A DNA stretch of 64,000 nucleotides from Raillietiella orientalis (Eukaryota): assembly GCA_036172245.1 (NCBI GenBank), contig JAYWIR010000014.1, forward strand, positions 1,178,001-1,242,000, read 5' to 3'. A program made the translations under genes and the position numbers. The notes below the pieces were generated by a model. It ran no database searches. It had not been told where the DNA came from and worked only from the letters and a program-made list of their open reading frames with translations. Below, in pieces: positions 38,203 through 51,200 of this stretch. The first letter of the stretch is position 1. The number at the start of each line of letters is the position of its first letter.

Positions 38203-38702
38203 TCAGCATATCTTTCGGGACATGGATGACTCCTCCGCTTGCGATTCCAGCCCCAAGAGAGGCATCGCTGCTTTCGCCAACCTACGAAATACTTCTTCTT
38301 GGAACAAGTTGGGCCGGCGGAAGGAATGATGGAAAGAACAGTCCTTCCACTTGCTTTTCTTCACGTGATCCCCAGTCTCTTTGGTAAACTCCTCTCTTTC
38401 AAGTGAGAACTGAACCAGAGAGACCAGGAGCCTGCCGAATTCCAGATTATGCTCCACCGATTGCAAGGACTCATCTTCCAAGTCTTGTGCAATGACTCCA
38501 GTGAGGCGCTGAATTATAAAAGCCTTGCAAGGCAAAAGTCAGTCAGAAGACTGAAAGCAGTTAGTCATTTCGGTGGTGGAGTGACAAGCAGGACTATCAA
38601 CCTGGAGGGGTCACCGAGTTCCCTCACTCACGCCTCTCACTGCCTCTGCGGAGATGTACGGGAAGATTGCTTCAGAGATGTTGGCAGACCCCGGTTGAAA
38701 GT
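38203..38702 (-). CDS. Tentative last two exons (38702-38632, 38523-38203) of an unidentified gene
   Basis: Acceptor CTGAC-GCACAG, donor GGC|GTGAGT, 108-nt intron and phase-compatible join give ...FQPGSANISEAIFPYISAEAVRG-AFIIQRLTGVIAQDLEDESLQSVEHNLEFGRLLVSLVQF...RKIC*. The second acceptor is a weaker AAG. No homology recognised. Confidence 0.2.
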
Positions 38703-41700
38703 CTGTGCGTCAGCAGAGAGAGAAGGCACTTGCAGGAAAAAGACAAAGCGAAGGAAGAAAGTCAACAGCTGCTGGCATTTTTCCAACGTATAAAGGGCAG
38801 TGCTGAAAGCAAGAGATGAAAGAATGCTCTCGTAGAAACTGAAGATGGACTTATTACCGTCGAAGCGGAGTCTCCAGAACGGCTGCAACAACACCGAGGT
38901 CAATTCACAGTTCGAATTCAAGAAGTCTAAATATGCGACAGCAGGAACATGACAAAGCTGGAATTCCAGGGTCAAAACACGGAAACACGGGCTCTTCAAA
39001 GTTCACACAGCTTCCGGTAGTTCGGATTGTTTCACATCAGGATTCCTACAAGGTAGTGCAATCTCTTGAGTTCTGAAAGAACATCCATGGTCCTTCGAAT
39101 GCGGCAGGAGCAGCAGGGACAGGAAGTTAGGTCCTGTGGCGGAGGGCAACGAGATGTTTCCGTGAAGAACAGTCAAAACAGAATCACAAATCACGGAGAA
39201 ATACAAGCGGAGAGTCCTGCACAGATCTTGTAAAGCAGAAACTGAACAAGGAATGCACTGGTATTCGTGAATCATCAGAAGCAGAATCCGAGCGCAGGAG
39301 CAAGCTTTTGCAGGATGCTGGCTGAAGCCACCTTGATATCCCACTTATCCCTGGAGAGACAAAGGTAGAAGAATATGCGTCCCTCAAGCACTTGATCATG
39401 TTGAACTGGGGATGCGCACCGCAAGCTCCGAACGCGCTCCGTCGGAATTTCACATTCGGACGCGGAGATTCAGGGATTTTCATCGGATACAGGCTAAACT
39501 TGTAACAAGCAGAGATGGATGCGTGTGTTAGAACGTCAGCAAATCTATTGGTCTGAACACGGACACCAGGGCAAGTGGAAACTTGGGTAATGGAGCAGAC
39601 CTCTCCCGGTTATCAGCGCTAACTGGTCTCCCGTAAGATGCCAATAAATGGGTTAAGGTATTAAGGCAGAAGAAAGGATAAGTGTGCATTAATTTCCAAA
39701 AAAAAAAAAAACTCCCAACTGCCATGCTATTCATGCCTCAATGGTTGCAAAAGATGAACCGATATTCCGTAAACAATGAGAATGGTGACGGGGACTGACT
39801 GGATTATGCCCGCCGATGGGGAACTCCAAGCAGGATGTAACACAAAAGAAGTCACGAACCGTTTCCCCTGTGTTGTGCTTTCTAAAAGAGTTTTTGTGTT
39901 AACTCCATTAAGAGCTTGTTCTTTTGTAGAGAACACGTACGAGCACGTTTAGAGAAATTTTCAGTTCGCCCAAGTTGAGAAATCTGCTGGTGAGACGACA
40001 CGGATCAAGAAAGCATGGCCTTCAACGTGGTCACTCAAATGTTCCAAACCCAGATCCCTTCACTCTCTATATAGATCCTCTTTGTATAGACAGCACACTT
40101 CTATCCGAGATGAAAAAGAATCCGACGAGAGAAAGGTCACCCTTGAGGTCCTGTAATCTGAGTATGCGGATTGGGTCTCGTTTCCGAAAAGATGTGCAAA
40201 CCAACTCAGTCGATTGCATGTGCAGGTGGATTACAGTCCCAGTAAGCAAGTCCTCAGGTAAGCAAGTCCCAGTGTCTGTGAGAAGTTCGCTCATCGTTTC
40301 CGGAATGAGAACGCTATGCATCTTGTTTCCGGAATGGAACTTTCCTGTTTTAATTAAGTTAAACGAGACTGGAATCACGTGTTTCCTTGGGGAGATTCGT
40401 CAGGCCCCACGTGGGCGGGCGGGGACAGCGCTATAGAAACCTATCAAAGTGCACTGGGAAACCGTTTGTTTGCTGAAAACCCGACGTTTCTCCTTGCTCG
40501 TGTTTCAGCGTTTCTAAGAAACTTCTTTCAGGGACGAACAATGGCATCCAAGCAGGTCTTTTTGTGATCAATCCGAAGACAAGTGATGTCACATTTGTCA
40601 TACAGATTCCATTAGATGTTTCAAAAAGAACATTCATTCGGAAAATAACATTCGAAATCGGAATGACTATTGAGTCATCAGGAAAGCAGAGCGTTTCCCG
40701 ATTTCTGCGCCTTCTTCAGAGCACTCGTTTTCTACGTTTAAAGAATATACAGGAGCATTCCTTGGATCTCTGCATGCGGGTCAAGAGTGCACATGCGAGG
40801 AATTTGGGTGCATCAGTTTTTTCCAATTGAAGTATTTTGGGGCTTTCGTTGTGTGGGTTCTCCAAGCTAAAGAATGTTACTTTATTCCCTTGCAGTTCAC
40901 TCGAATCCGCTTCTCGGCATGCCTACTCAGGTAAGCAAGTTGTATGACACTCTGGGATGCACTCGTTGCATTCTTACGATGGTCGCCACTCGTAAATGAT
41001 CGCAGTTGAGCGCTGTAGTACGCAAAAGAAACTTCAGTATTGAGTACACGGTTAGCTGTTTGAGTTTATGGCTACACAACCCTAGCCGTATGCATCTAAC
41101 AAGAGTAGCAGAAAGCATCCAGCTTTCGAATTTCTCACAATGGAATACAGAGCAGACCACTTTCCACCAGCACAGATGCATCCGTTGCTACAAACTGCAT
41201 GTTCTTGGACTGGGGTTATTTTTAAAATTGGGAATCTTGTATTTCCTTAAAAGGAAACGGAATTTTGCAGATTACGCCTAACTGGAACTGCATTCTAGTG
41301 GGAAGAGGTGGACGTTGGAATTCGACCACAACTTGCCGGCTGATTAGTTGACTGAAATGCTACGCAACCAACGGTTTCCAAGGAGCAAAATTTCCAGCAA
41401 TGAGCATTACAAGTGCAAGCGCTTCGAAGCAACATGGGCGTGCTCAAAGGATTCCATGAAGGGGGATACAAAGTTTCACGATTTCAGATCTTCTTTTTCA
41501 TTGGACAGTTATTCGTGAAAACAGAGATTAAGGATCCAAAGATGATGAAATGTGGGAACAATGGAACGGAGGGTATAAAAGGAACTGACAAAACAGGGAG
41601 ACTAAATGCATCGGGGAAGTTAATAACTAAATGTTTACTTCAATTCAGGAGACATGCGAACAGAACACAATATTGAGCTTCTTCTTAGAAGACGCCAACC

Positions 41701-43579
41701 TCATTTGAACGTATTTAGTTGTGCGATTTGTGAGTAAGAAAAAATTAACGAAGAAAGGATTTTTTGGAAAACATGAATGCAATGCTTCTTCTTCCAGGAA
41801 ACGATGAAGAGCAATGGCCCCTTCCAGGAAGGGGTCCCTCCGAAGGAAATAAGTGGTTCCCTCTCAGGCGTAAAAGGAACGGACTCCATTCTACGAAGCC
41901 TTCCGGGATTCATAGGGTGGTCCCCTCCCGCGGTACCCCCTATCTTGAAGAGTTAACATGCACCCTCGGGTGACGCGGATTAAAAGTGTTAAAGAGCTTC
42001 CTGAGCCTTCTCTAAGGAGGAGAACGGTTCTTCAGCACTGGGAGAACCAAAAACAAGAACACCCGAAAAACCAAAAAAAAAAAAAAGCTGGAAGGAAAAG
42101 AGGAAAAACACAAGAATCCGAAAGGATTTCCATCATTTCCAATGTTGTATTTCTCTCATTTGTCGCACTCAGTTCTCCACGTCAGAATCCCCATTATCCT
42201 GTCGAGAGATTCGCGCAAGAGTTTTCCTTGGGGTTTACTCGGTTGTTCATTTGCATCGTGTCTTGATTTGATTATCGTACTTTTGCTCACTTTCCTTGAG
42301 ATGAGGTTGGTTTTGTTCGTCATGGAATTCAAGATGACGAGTTTCATTCTTTCAGGAGCAATCACCAAGGAGTTCCTAAATGACAACTCTGATTTCCTGT
42401 CTTGGAAATGAGTGATTGAAAACTGATGATTCCCATCTGCCGTTCTCCATGATTGATTCCGTCATGGAGTGCCGAATCGCTTTAATTACCGCGTAGGTAT
42501 GCAGCATATTTTATTGTCGTTGATGAAATTGCCGTTGAAATTTCAGTGGTTTGAATAAATCAGTGCGATTCAACTCCGCAAGATCAGACTGCACCTCGGT
42601 GGTCCGTCATATCTAACTGTGCTGACATCATAATTAAAATCCTATTATTTATGTAAACTGGGAAGAATTTGTTTATCAGAATTACGTCCTTCATCACATC
42701 AGGAATTTTAATTAAGTTGGAAATCACCAATCGCACATAGGATCGTAAAAATAGTAACAAATTTTCTTCAAGGATTCTATCAGTTGCTCCAATCATCACT
42801 GATTAAAGCTATTGCCTACTTATCTCCAAGCAACTCCGTTCATCTTAGAGACCGTTGCTTCATACTCTAAAAGACTTTCCTAGCTGAACGTCTTTATTTG
42901 CTTCCTCCGTTTATGTATTCGTGACAGTCATTCTTATATTACTTTCCTTAGCGATGTCCTCAGCGAATTTACTTTGCCAACTCTGCTAACAAAGAGACGA
43001 ATCCAATTCGACAAACTCAGTTAGGAGAAAGAAAATCGATGGCATCCGGTGATTGAATGGAACCAGCTTTCATGGATGGCCACGAAGACATGGTCATGTC
43101 TAGGTTCGGTCTTTCGGCGGCGACGAAGTGGGCCGTTTTGACTACTGAAAGTTGTCGCGGCGAGTTAATAAAATTGTCCGGATTTTAAATCACCGTTGCA
43201 ATAAAATCCCGATTGGGGAAGCAGGCAGCGTGGTTAAGGTGAGAGAGGAACGTGGTAATTCAGTCAGAGTCTCGTGAAATACACGCAAAACAATGAAAGT
43301 GTCTTGGATTGCCGATGCGAAAAGAAATGCCCTTCTACGGAAAGCATCTGCTTCCAGTGCTACTGCAAAAATTGTGAAGTTTTTACAGAATTCGATGCGG
43401 GTTCCAAGCTGCTTCGCGTCTATGGAATGTGCTATTTCGTGGGAGTAGACTTCCTTCCAGAGTTTTTCATTACGCATGCTTGCTGCCTGGCGACACGCAG
43501 ACTAGGAGTGGCGCAACGCTCTGTGACCTATGTATCCAAAGAGGGATGTCATGTTTCATATTCTACTTGATCTCAACGC

Positions 43580-43612
<33 letters not shown>

Positions 43613-46600
43613 CTTTCTTGTAAATCGCAGGCATACATTCACTGGACGCTTTCTTGCTCGTATATGAGCAGGAAACATGGAATATGCGCATGTATGCTCC
43701 TATGAGGCTGAAAACTGTGCGAGAAGCAACGCGGACATGGAAAATGCAGCATAAGAACGAATCATCACTCCTGTGACCACGACGTTTGTTGGAGGACCGC
43801 AAAAGAAAACACATGGAAATCGGATAAGCGCATGCAATGCAACTCCGTGTTCGAACTTCCCCCTTTCCCCCCTCAAAAAAAAAAAAGAAAAAAAAAGTGC
43901 CATGACCGGCGCCGATGCCGGTAGCTCTGGAGATTTCTCTGGAAGTCCTGAAGCACACGCTGTATGGGTTGGAACAAAGGTTCGGCAGATCTGTGATGAC
44001 CACGAGATCAGTGGATCAGTGGAGTCTTTTATACGTGCTGGCGAGCTATTGAGGAATAGGCGCGGTACTGCCGTCGTTCGAACTCGGAGCTCGTCCCAGA
44101 GCCTTCAGACAGAAAGTTCCATTTTGCAAAGTTCGATATCCATCCGCTTCGCAGCAGGAAGTGGCTGATCCACTGAAATGGGAAGCACGCTGTCTTCAAG
44201 ACTTGGCGATGAAACAGCAATCACTTTCGAGACGACAGCACTCTTTATTCGAGAATCGAACCCGTATGACTGCCTCGAACGACGCAGCATGCACGGAAGG
44301 TGAAAGACAACCTAACGGATGTGCTCTTCAAGTGACGAATTCCGCCATCGATCAGTCCGTGAGCACAAAGATCGGCTCGTTAAAAACTTGTTACAGGTGT
44401 CTTAAATAGAAATGATAGCAATGGATCATGCAGTCTGGGTCTGGCATTCTAAAGCGTTGCCATAAGCTTCCTCGCGACTCATTATCTTACGATGCGAATC
44501 TTCCGTGCGTAGATGCCTCGTTAAACCTCTTATCTCGATTATATAATTTTTCCGTCTGTCATTCAATCACAGCGACTCTTCGCAGAGTTTCCAAGCAAAT
44601 AGGAAGCGATGCTTTTGATGTCTTTTCGGCGGTGCGGAACACGTATAGTGTCGACAGAGTGGCCAATGAGCACTGGTGCCACGGGCACCCCCTTTGCTAG
44701 CACGTATTTCTCATTTTTCCCGTGATTCGAAAACAAAAGAGGGCTGTTTGGTGGGCATGAGCACCAAATACAAATAGTGGGGAGATCGCTCCCGAGTGCA
44801 TCGCAAAGTCGGAGAACGCGTGCAAGCATATGCGTTGCACCTTCAATGGGAACTGCCGATGCATGTGCAAAAGACCTTGGTAAGCCTGTGGTAAGCTGCC
44901 TGGAAATGAATCCATGAATCACCGAATAACACCAAGATCAGCACTGCCAAAGCATGGTGGATTTGCAAGCAGAGCAAGAATGCGTTCCATAAGCAGTTTC
45001 TCTGCTAAACGGATTTCCGTGCTCTCTCATTCATCGTAGAAAAACGCGCTGTATTGATGGTTCCCACTCTGCAGTGGCTCTCCGCTGCCACCTCTCCGGT
45101 TTCTCCATGATCAAACTATTGGCAAGTGCGCATTTTTTTTTCCAGCTCGCGTTTAAGGGAAAAGCATCTGGGGATTTTTCAAAAGTCGCATGGTCATTTG
45201 CTGTTCACATTCATGCTCCGACCTCTGCTCAGGGAACCCTTCGTCTTTCCCCGGAGATGCGGGGCAAGAAAGAAGCTCTTTTCCACGTAGGCAGTCAGCG
45301 GGAACCGTCCGTTCCGCGAAGCGAAAGTCTCAGATGCACAGGCGTGTGGTTTCCCGAGAGCCACCGGGAATCCTTCCTAGGAGTGGGTCTGTGCCTGTGG
45401 GAGGAGAAACCGTGGCAGTGCATGATGAACTCCCCCTGCATTCCACTTCCAGCACTAGGGTATCACCAAGTCGGGAATCAAGAAGAAGACAGTCAAGTAA
45501 TCAAGGGCTGATCTCCAATTTCTTGTGTCCCTAGGGTGTTTCTATAACCTCTGGCAATAAGACGTGAAGAGATACGAAGAGAATTCATCTGTACATTTTT
45601 TTTTCCATTAACATCTGCGGTGATCGAAACAAGTCAGATCATGAGGAAAGAGTTGGGCTCGTAGGGGACACGTGCCATGTGGGCCACTTCTCTCCTTCTC
45701 CGAAGTGTTCCAATGAAGTTTGCAAAGGACCGATAAGCAGCCAGGGACCATCATGGAGATTCTTCTTTTTACTTTCGGGAACCTAGCGGGCTTCTCCTGG
45801 TTTAACCGATTAAAGTTGTGACAGCGCTCTAGGCGCCTGCCCTGGAATTATCCGCCGCTTTCACGTTCGGAAGCTGATATGGAACGAAGCCCGGCTTCAT
45901 TTTTCCGTTTTCTTCCGAAGATGAGCATCCCAGAAGAGCAATCACTCCACCATTGTCCCTTCATTCAAGGATGCGTCTTTTCCCCATGCTGGAAAACATC
46001 TTGGAAGATCCTGGAGAATTCGCGAGAGCGATCCGAGATGCGAAAATAGGCGCCTCGCATCAGTCATAATCTCTCCAGAGAGTTTTCCGTATCTCCACGA
46101 GAATGTTTGCTTTTCTTCTCGTCCAAGATGACTTGTATACATTGTGTTTTCTGGATGTCACCATCCGTTTGTTTTGCAACCCCTTTCTTCTGAATGGAGA
46201 GCAGCAGTTGGTGATGAGAGTTGCCGGTGGAGTGATCCTTCCCGCTAATTGATTGCTGTCTATCCGGCCCTTCTCATTATTCATCTGAAGTGAGATTTCT
46301 TGTTTGCGATCAGCCGCAGAATCCTGGCAGTTTGAGCGCGAACCTCCGTTCGTGAAATCACCCATCCAAACAATCTGTCCGTTCTTGGCAGAGCGATAAC
46401 CCTTTCGATTACCTCACTCCCTCTCGTGAAAGATTTGCTGTTTACGGTCCAGACCATCTTAAGCGAAGCCGTTAGACAAGCGTCAGCCTCCAGCAGTCAG
46501 GCGCAAACACTTTTGCTCCCTGAACAGCGGGGATTTTTTCCCCTCTTTTTTCCTTCTCTTTCTGCCAGGTTTTATGCCACTGCCGGAGCAGGGCGCGGAT

Positions 46601-48173
46601 GGCACCTCGTCGTCGGGTGAATCGGCTTTGGAGAGGAGGCGCGCTCGCAGTTTCCCGTACTCGCAGGAAACAGAGGCGGAAGCCTGCACTTGAGGATAGT
46701 CTTCCACCGCCTATCGACAGCAGCACTCTCGACGGAACCAGTTGCCATCCTTGGCTCTTACTGCACCGGATCGTGGCTTGCGTGGCGTCCAGCCGGAATT
46801 CGTTTGGTCTTCCGTGTCCAAGGAGAGAGGCCGCTTTTCTCGGAGACACTCGCCAGACGGATCGCTAACGTCTCTTAAATGCGACGCCGCAAGTCTCTCG
46901 AGGACGGAACAGGCACGATAGGAAGGGAAGGATGGGGAAAGCGGACTGGATTACCGACTTTCCCGCGCCTTCCTCGAGGACTTGGAATTCCTTCCCGATA
47001 AAAAGAGTCCTCCCCCGCTTTCCAGATTGAAAGCAAGAAGGCTAAACACGCTCAGAAGGACGCGACGACGGGAAAGGGAGGAGAAGGACGGGAGGGGGGA
47101 AGGAGAACGAGATCTTTTTTCCCTCTCTCGCTGGTTAAGCCTATTAGGGAACACGTCCTAGCTGAGCCAAGTCTGAAATCCGGTGGCGACCGTCCTGCCC
47201 GCGAACGCACACATCGATCTCGACGAAAGACAAGTAACACCGCCCTTGCAGCAAAGCTGCACGCTGCCAAGTCCCCAAACGTGGTGCACGCCGAACGCGT
47301 TTGTTTCGTGTTTCGTAGACGCACACGGATCCTTTCCTTCACTGCACACTCTCTCTGCCTTATCCACGAGCAGCACGAGAGACGGAGATACAAGCAGATC
47401 TCTCAGGATCCCTTTCCCCGGCCGAAGTTTATTTTCTCTCTAGGAGCAGATGGTGAATTTCGATTTCGTTCAAATGCAAGACGTTGCCTGGGAACACGAA
47501 ACATTGTTATTTTCCCTCCAGCTGCTCATTTAAGTGATTTGCTGCTTTCGAAAGTTCTCAGTTGCCTAGCATTGCGTTTGAGAGCTCTCGTCACTCTCGG
47601 TTCTTCAATTTATCTTGCTGCTTGCGTGGCGGCATCCCTTAAAGACCGCAAAACAAAGATCTCTTCAAGGACTAGAAGTTCTGCATCTTCCTGCTCTCAG
47701 AGTTTCTGGACGCATTCCGAGGTTTCACTTCTCGGGACTCGTGAACTTAGTAATTCACCAGCTGGTTCTACTAGTAGGAGCAGTGGCGGTTTCTAGAAGG
47801 AAGGTCCTGCTCACTTGGCAGACCAGCTGTCAAGAAGACAGTCCGGATGTACTGACTTTCCTTGCTCTGCTGACCGGGAAAGGTTTCTTCTATCACTTCA
47901 GACAGGAAGAGAACAACGTCCTCACTGCAGCAGCAGTGGATTCTTGTGGAATGGATTCGTGAAGGGACCACAGTTCCACCTTGCCCTTCATAGGGACATC
48001 CCTGATCCAGTCCTCTTGGATTCACAACTTCACTCTTGGAAAATCCCTCTAGCATGAGTTTTCTTCCTCACCTTGGCTGAATACGCGCATGCTCTTAATT
48101 TCCACGTTCTATCTGCGAAGATATTGCTGTTTGCGAAAAAGATATGTTGCCTGAGTAAGACGATCGCTCCTCT

Positions 48174-48290
48174 GTTGACAGTCAAGAACGGCTACAGCAC
48201 AGCCGGAGTTATCCGGCTGTGTTGGAGTGTCGGAAGTGCAAGTCGGAAGTGCAAGGCTAACGCCTTGCACTTCCGACTAGAGCTGTCAAC
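48174..48290. repeat. Nested inverted-repeat unit: two adjacent hairpins inside an 8-bp outer inverted repeat
   Basis: Hairpin 1 at 48195-48224 (13 bp, one G:T, loop GTTA); hairpin 2 at 48241-48278 (17 bp perfect, loop TAAC); outer GTTGACAG 48174-48181 / CTGTCAAC 48283-48290; 13-nt tandem duplication GTCGGAAGTGCAA. Confidence 0.9.
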
Positions 48291-51200
48291 CACCGCACAC
48301 ATTACTCCAACAAGCAAAGACAGCTACAACGGACTCAGCAGACGAACTTCGTCTCCAGAAATTTCAGTTCCTCCAAGTTTTCATGATAAAGAAAGGGCAT
48401 AGTAAGAAGAGCCTTCGAAGCTTGCAGCTTGGGAAAGAGCTCACATCCATTCATCATGATGGGAACTCTCAATTTGTCCACATTCTGCTCCCTCACATCA
48501 GAGTGCAGCGTCAGCTAGAAGAGGTTATGATTACAAAGCTGATGCTGAAGAAGAGGGCGAGAATGCTATAACGGTGAGGATGCAAAGAGGAAGAATGCTT
48601 GAGGGAAGAATGCTCCACATGGAGAGTATTGATGCTATCATGTCAGAAAATCAACTGCGGGACAGCAACGTTGAAACAGAGATGAAATTTGGTTCTCATA
48701 GGAAGAATAGCAGCAGATGTTCTTCACACAAGAAAAACTCCGTCTAAATCCTCGCATTCTCCAATTTCGAAATTCACGGAATTTCAGTGTTGCTCTTCAG
48801 AATCGCAACCATTAGATACTGCAGTGTGATGAGGTTGTTTAAGATTCTTTCAACATTCAAGGGGAGATGAAATTTATTTTGCATCCGTTCTCGGAGATCA
48901 GCTTGCATTTCCTGTGTTTGCAAGAGGAATATTCAAGTTCAGTTGATTGTAATTCATGTTGTCGGATTAAAAAGGTACGGTGAAGATCTTCGGGCGCAGA
49001 TGCAAATTCGTCAACAATCCGTTAGGTCACAGAGACTCAAGCTGCAGCCAAGACCCTCCGTTCTAAACAAGCTCTGCAACACATATGTTTCCGACACGAA
49101 GCATTCACTTTTATGAATGTCCAGAAAACATGTAGAGGAATTTGTTCCTGATGATTCGCTCTCATGTTAAGACGCCTCCATGAGACGCATCGGTCCGCGA
49201 TTATCAGCTGCTTTTCTGTGATGCAAGGAATTTGTTTCTCTCTTGTAAATCGTTACCACGTACGCGACGAAACAACGAAAGCATATGTTAAGATAAATGT
49301 TCTTTTACGAATATCGAATGTAACCCAATGCCCAATCACCACTGACTCTAAGATTTTCGCTGTTTGAGATATAAGCCATAGATCAGCGACACTTTGGTTG
49401 AAGTGCATCCTTTCTGAGAACTTTTGAAAGGTGATCTGTGACTTTTAAAGGATGGGCTTCCCCAACATTTGCAAGAAGCAAAGACCGTCCTAACGAACCT
49501 TTGTTAAATCTCTGATGCAGATGAAGAGTTGCTTTCGCAGTTTCAGGTGCTCAACTTAACTGCCTACTTTAGTCACCGTTTGACCATGGCAGAGAAATGC
49601 CTCGGAAGCTGCATTTGCTTCATGTATTTCAATTTAATTATTGCCCTTCCATAATTTCTCTAAACTAAAGTTTAAATTGAGAAACCCTGCGCTGCACGGC
49701 CTCATGCAGGAGGTCTCACGAAAAGCTTGTTGAGAAACAGGAACTTTCGTCATTCTGAAAGAATGTATCGAAATACTCATTTCATAAATACAGATCACGA
49801 CGCAGGCGAAAAATAAATAAGTCAATAATCTGCAGGGTTCTCTATCAACCGAATTCAAAAGACAGGGCTTCGCACTAAATTTGCTGGCGAGTATCACACG
49901 CCAGCTCAAGAAGCATACAGCTGTTCGGCTCAATCTGGGCATGATGGAGCACCTCAGAATGAGCGCTTATTTTGACTAGAAGAAATTCCTTAATCCAGAA
50001 AGCACTCGCGACTGTATGCTCTCTTGCTCTTCATCTCGGAGCGTTTACTTTCCTTTCAGGATACTTTGAAGTTGAAGCCATGGCAGTGTGCTGAAGGATT
50101 AGATCAACTGCCTATGAAGATCAGCAGACTCTGAATCTCCCTTCAGTGTGGCTCAGGGTTCCATTCAATCACTTCGTTCCTAACGCATACACGCGTGTGA
50201 CCTTCATTTTAGAAAAGCGGATTTTTTCCTCTGAGTATCTAGTGCTAAACAAAATTATCAGGTCACTGATGAGAATCAGCAACCAGTTTCCTAAATCAAA
50301 TGAAGACAGGATACTTGGAATTTTAACGATCTGCTTCTCTGATCCGACCATGCTTTCGCTCGTTTTGCATCCCTGACGTTTGTCATTCAGACCTTTTTTC
50401 CAACGGTAAGAGGATGTACACTGAGGGGCTTAAGCAAAGATTTTAAGCTCATGGAAAGATGAATGGGCTCCAGCTTTCTCATCCGTTTGTTATGGCAGAA
50501 GCACGCGTTACAAAAACGGACATACCGGAAATGATCGCTGAGACTCGGTCCGCTCGTGTGCCCTTATCCACTCGCTGTTTCCGGTGTTATTTTCAACATA
50601 TCAAGCGAAAGGCTTTCGAATACGGGAACCAGTTTTGATTTTATTGGCTGCTGCAATGATTCGCAAATCATCGGAACTCTGGTTGAAGAGGGCCTCGACA
50701 CCTTCTTTCAGAGATATCAAGCGACAAGCAGAAAAGTAGACTTTCTTTTTTATTCGCGTCGGAAGCGTTCCTTAATTGTCGGATGATTCGAAGTTAAGGA
50801 ACTGTAATCAAGAGGCTGAAGAAGATACCCGAAAGGGGTGATTTTGGTTCTCAGCTTCCCTTAGTTCACCAAAAAGCTAATTGCTCTTGCTTGAATATTT
50901 AAAGTGCCAATGGGGTGAACACTTTAACGATCCCGGCACTCGACAGCATCAGTTGGACAGACTGTTGAGACAGAGCTCCGCAGTTTGTTAGCTGACGTGT
51001 CCTATAGGCTTGATTTGGGTGTAGAGCCTCCTTCGTCCACCCTGCACAGCTTCGTGAGTTGGTGTGATGCAAGGACGCACTCGGCTGCATCGCTCGGGTG
51101 CGTCCTATCCTGTATCTCTTCCGGCTTTCCTTCCTTCTTTTTTTGAGCAGTTGATATTAACCTGTAGAAATTCCTCACCTCATTTATCAGTAACTATTCT

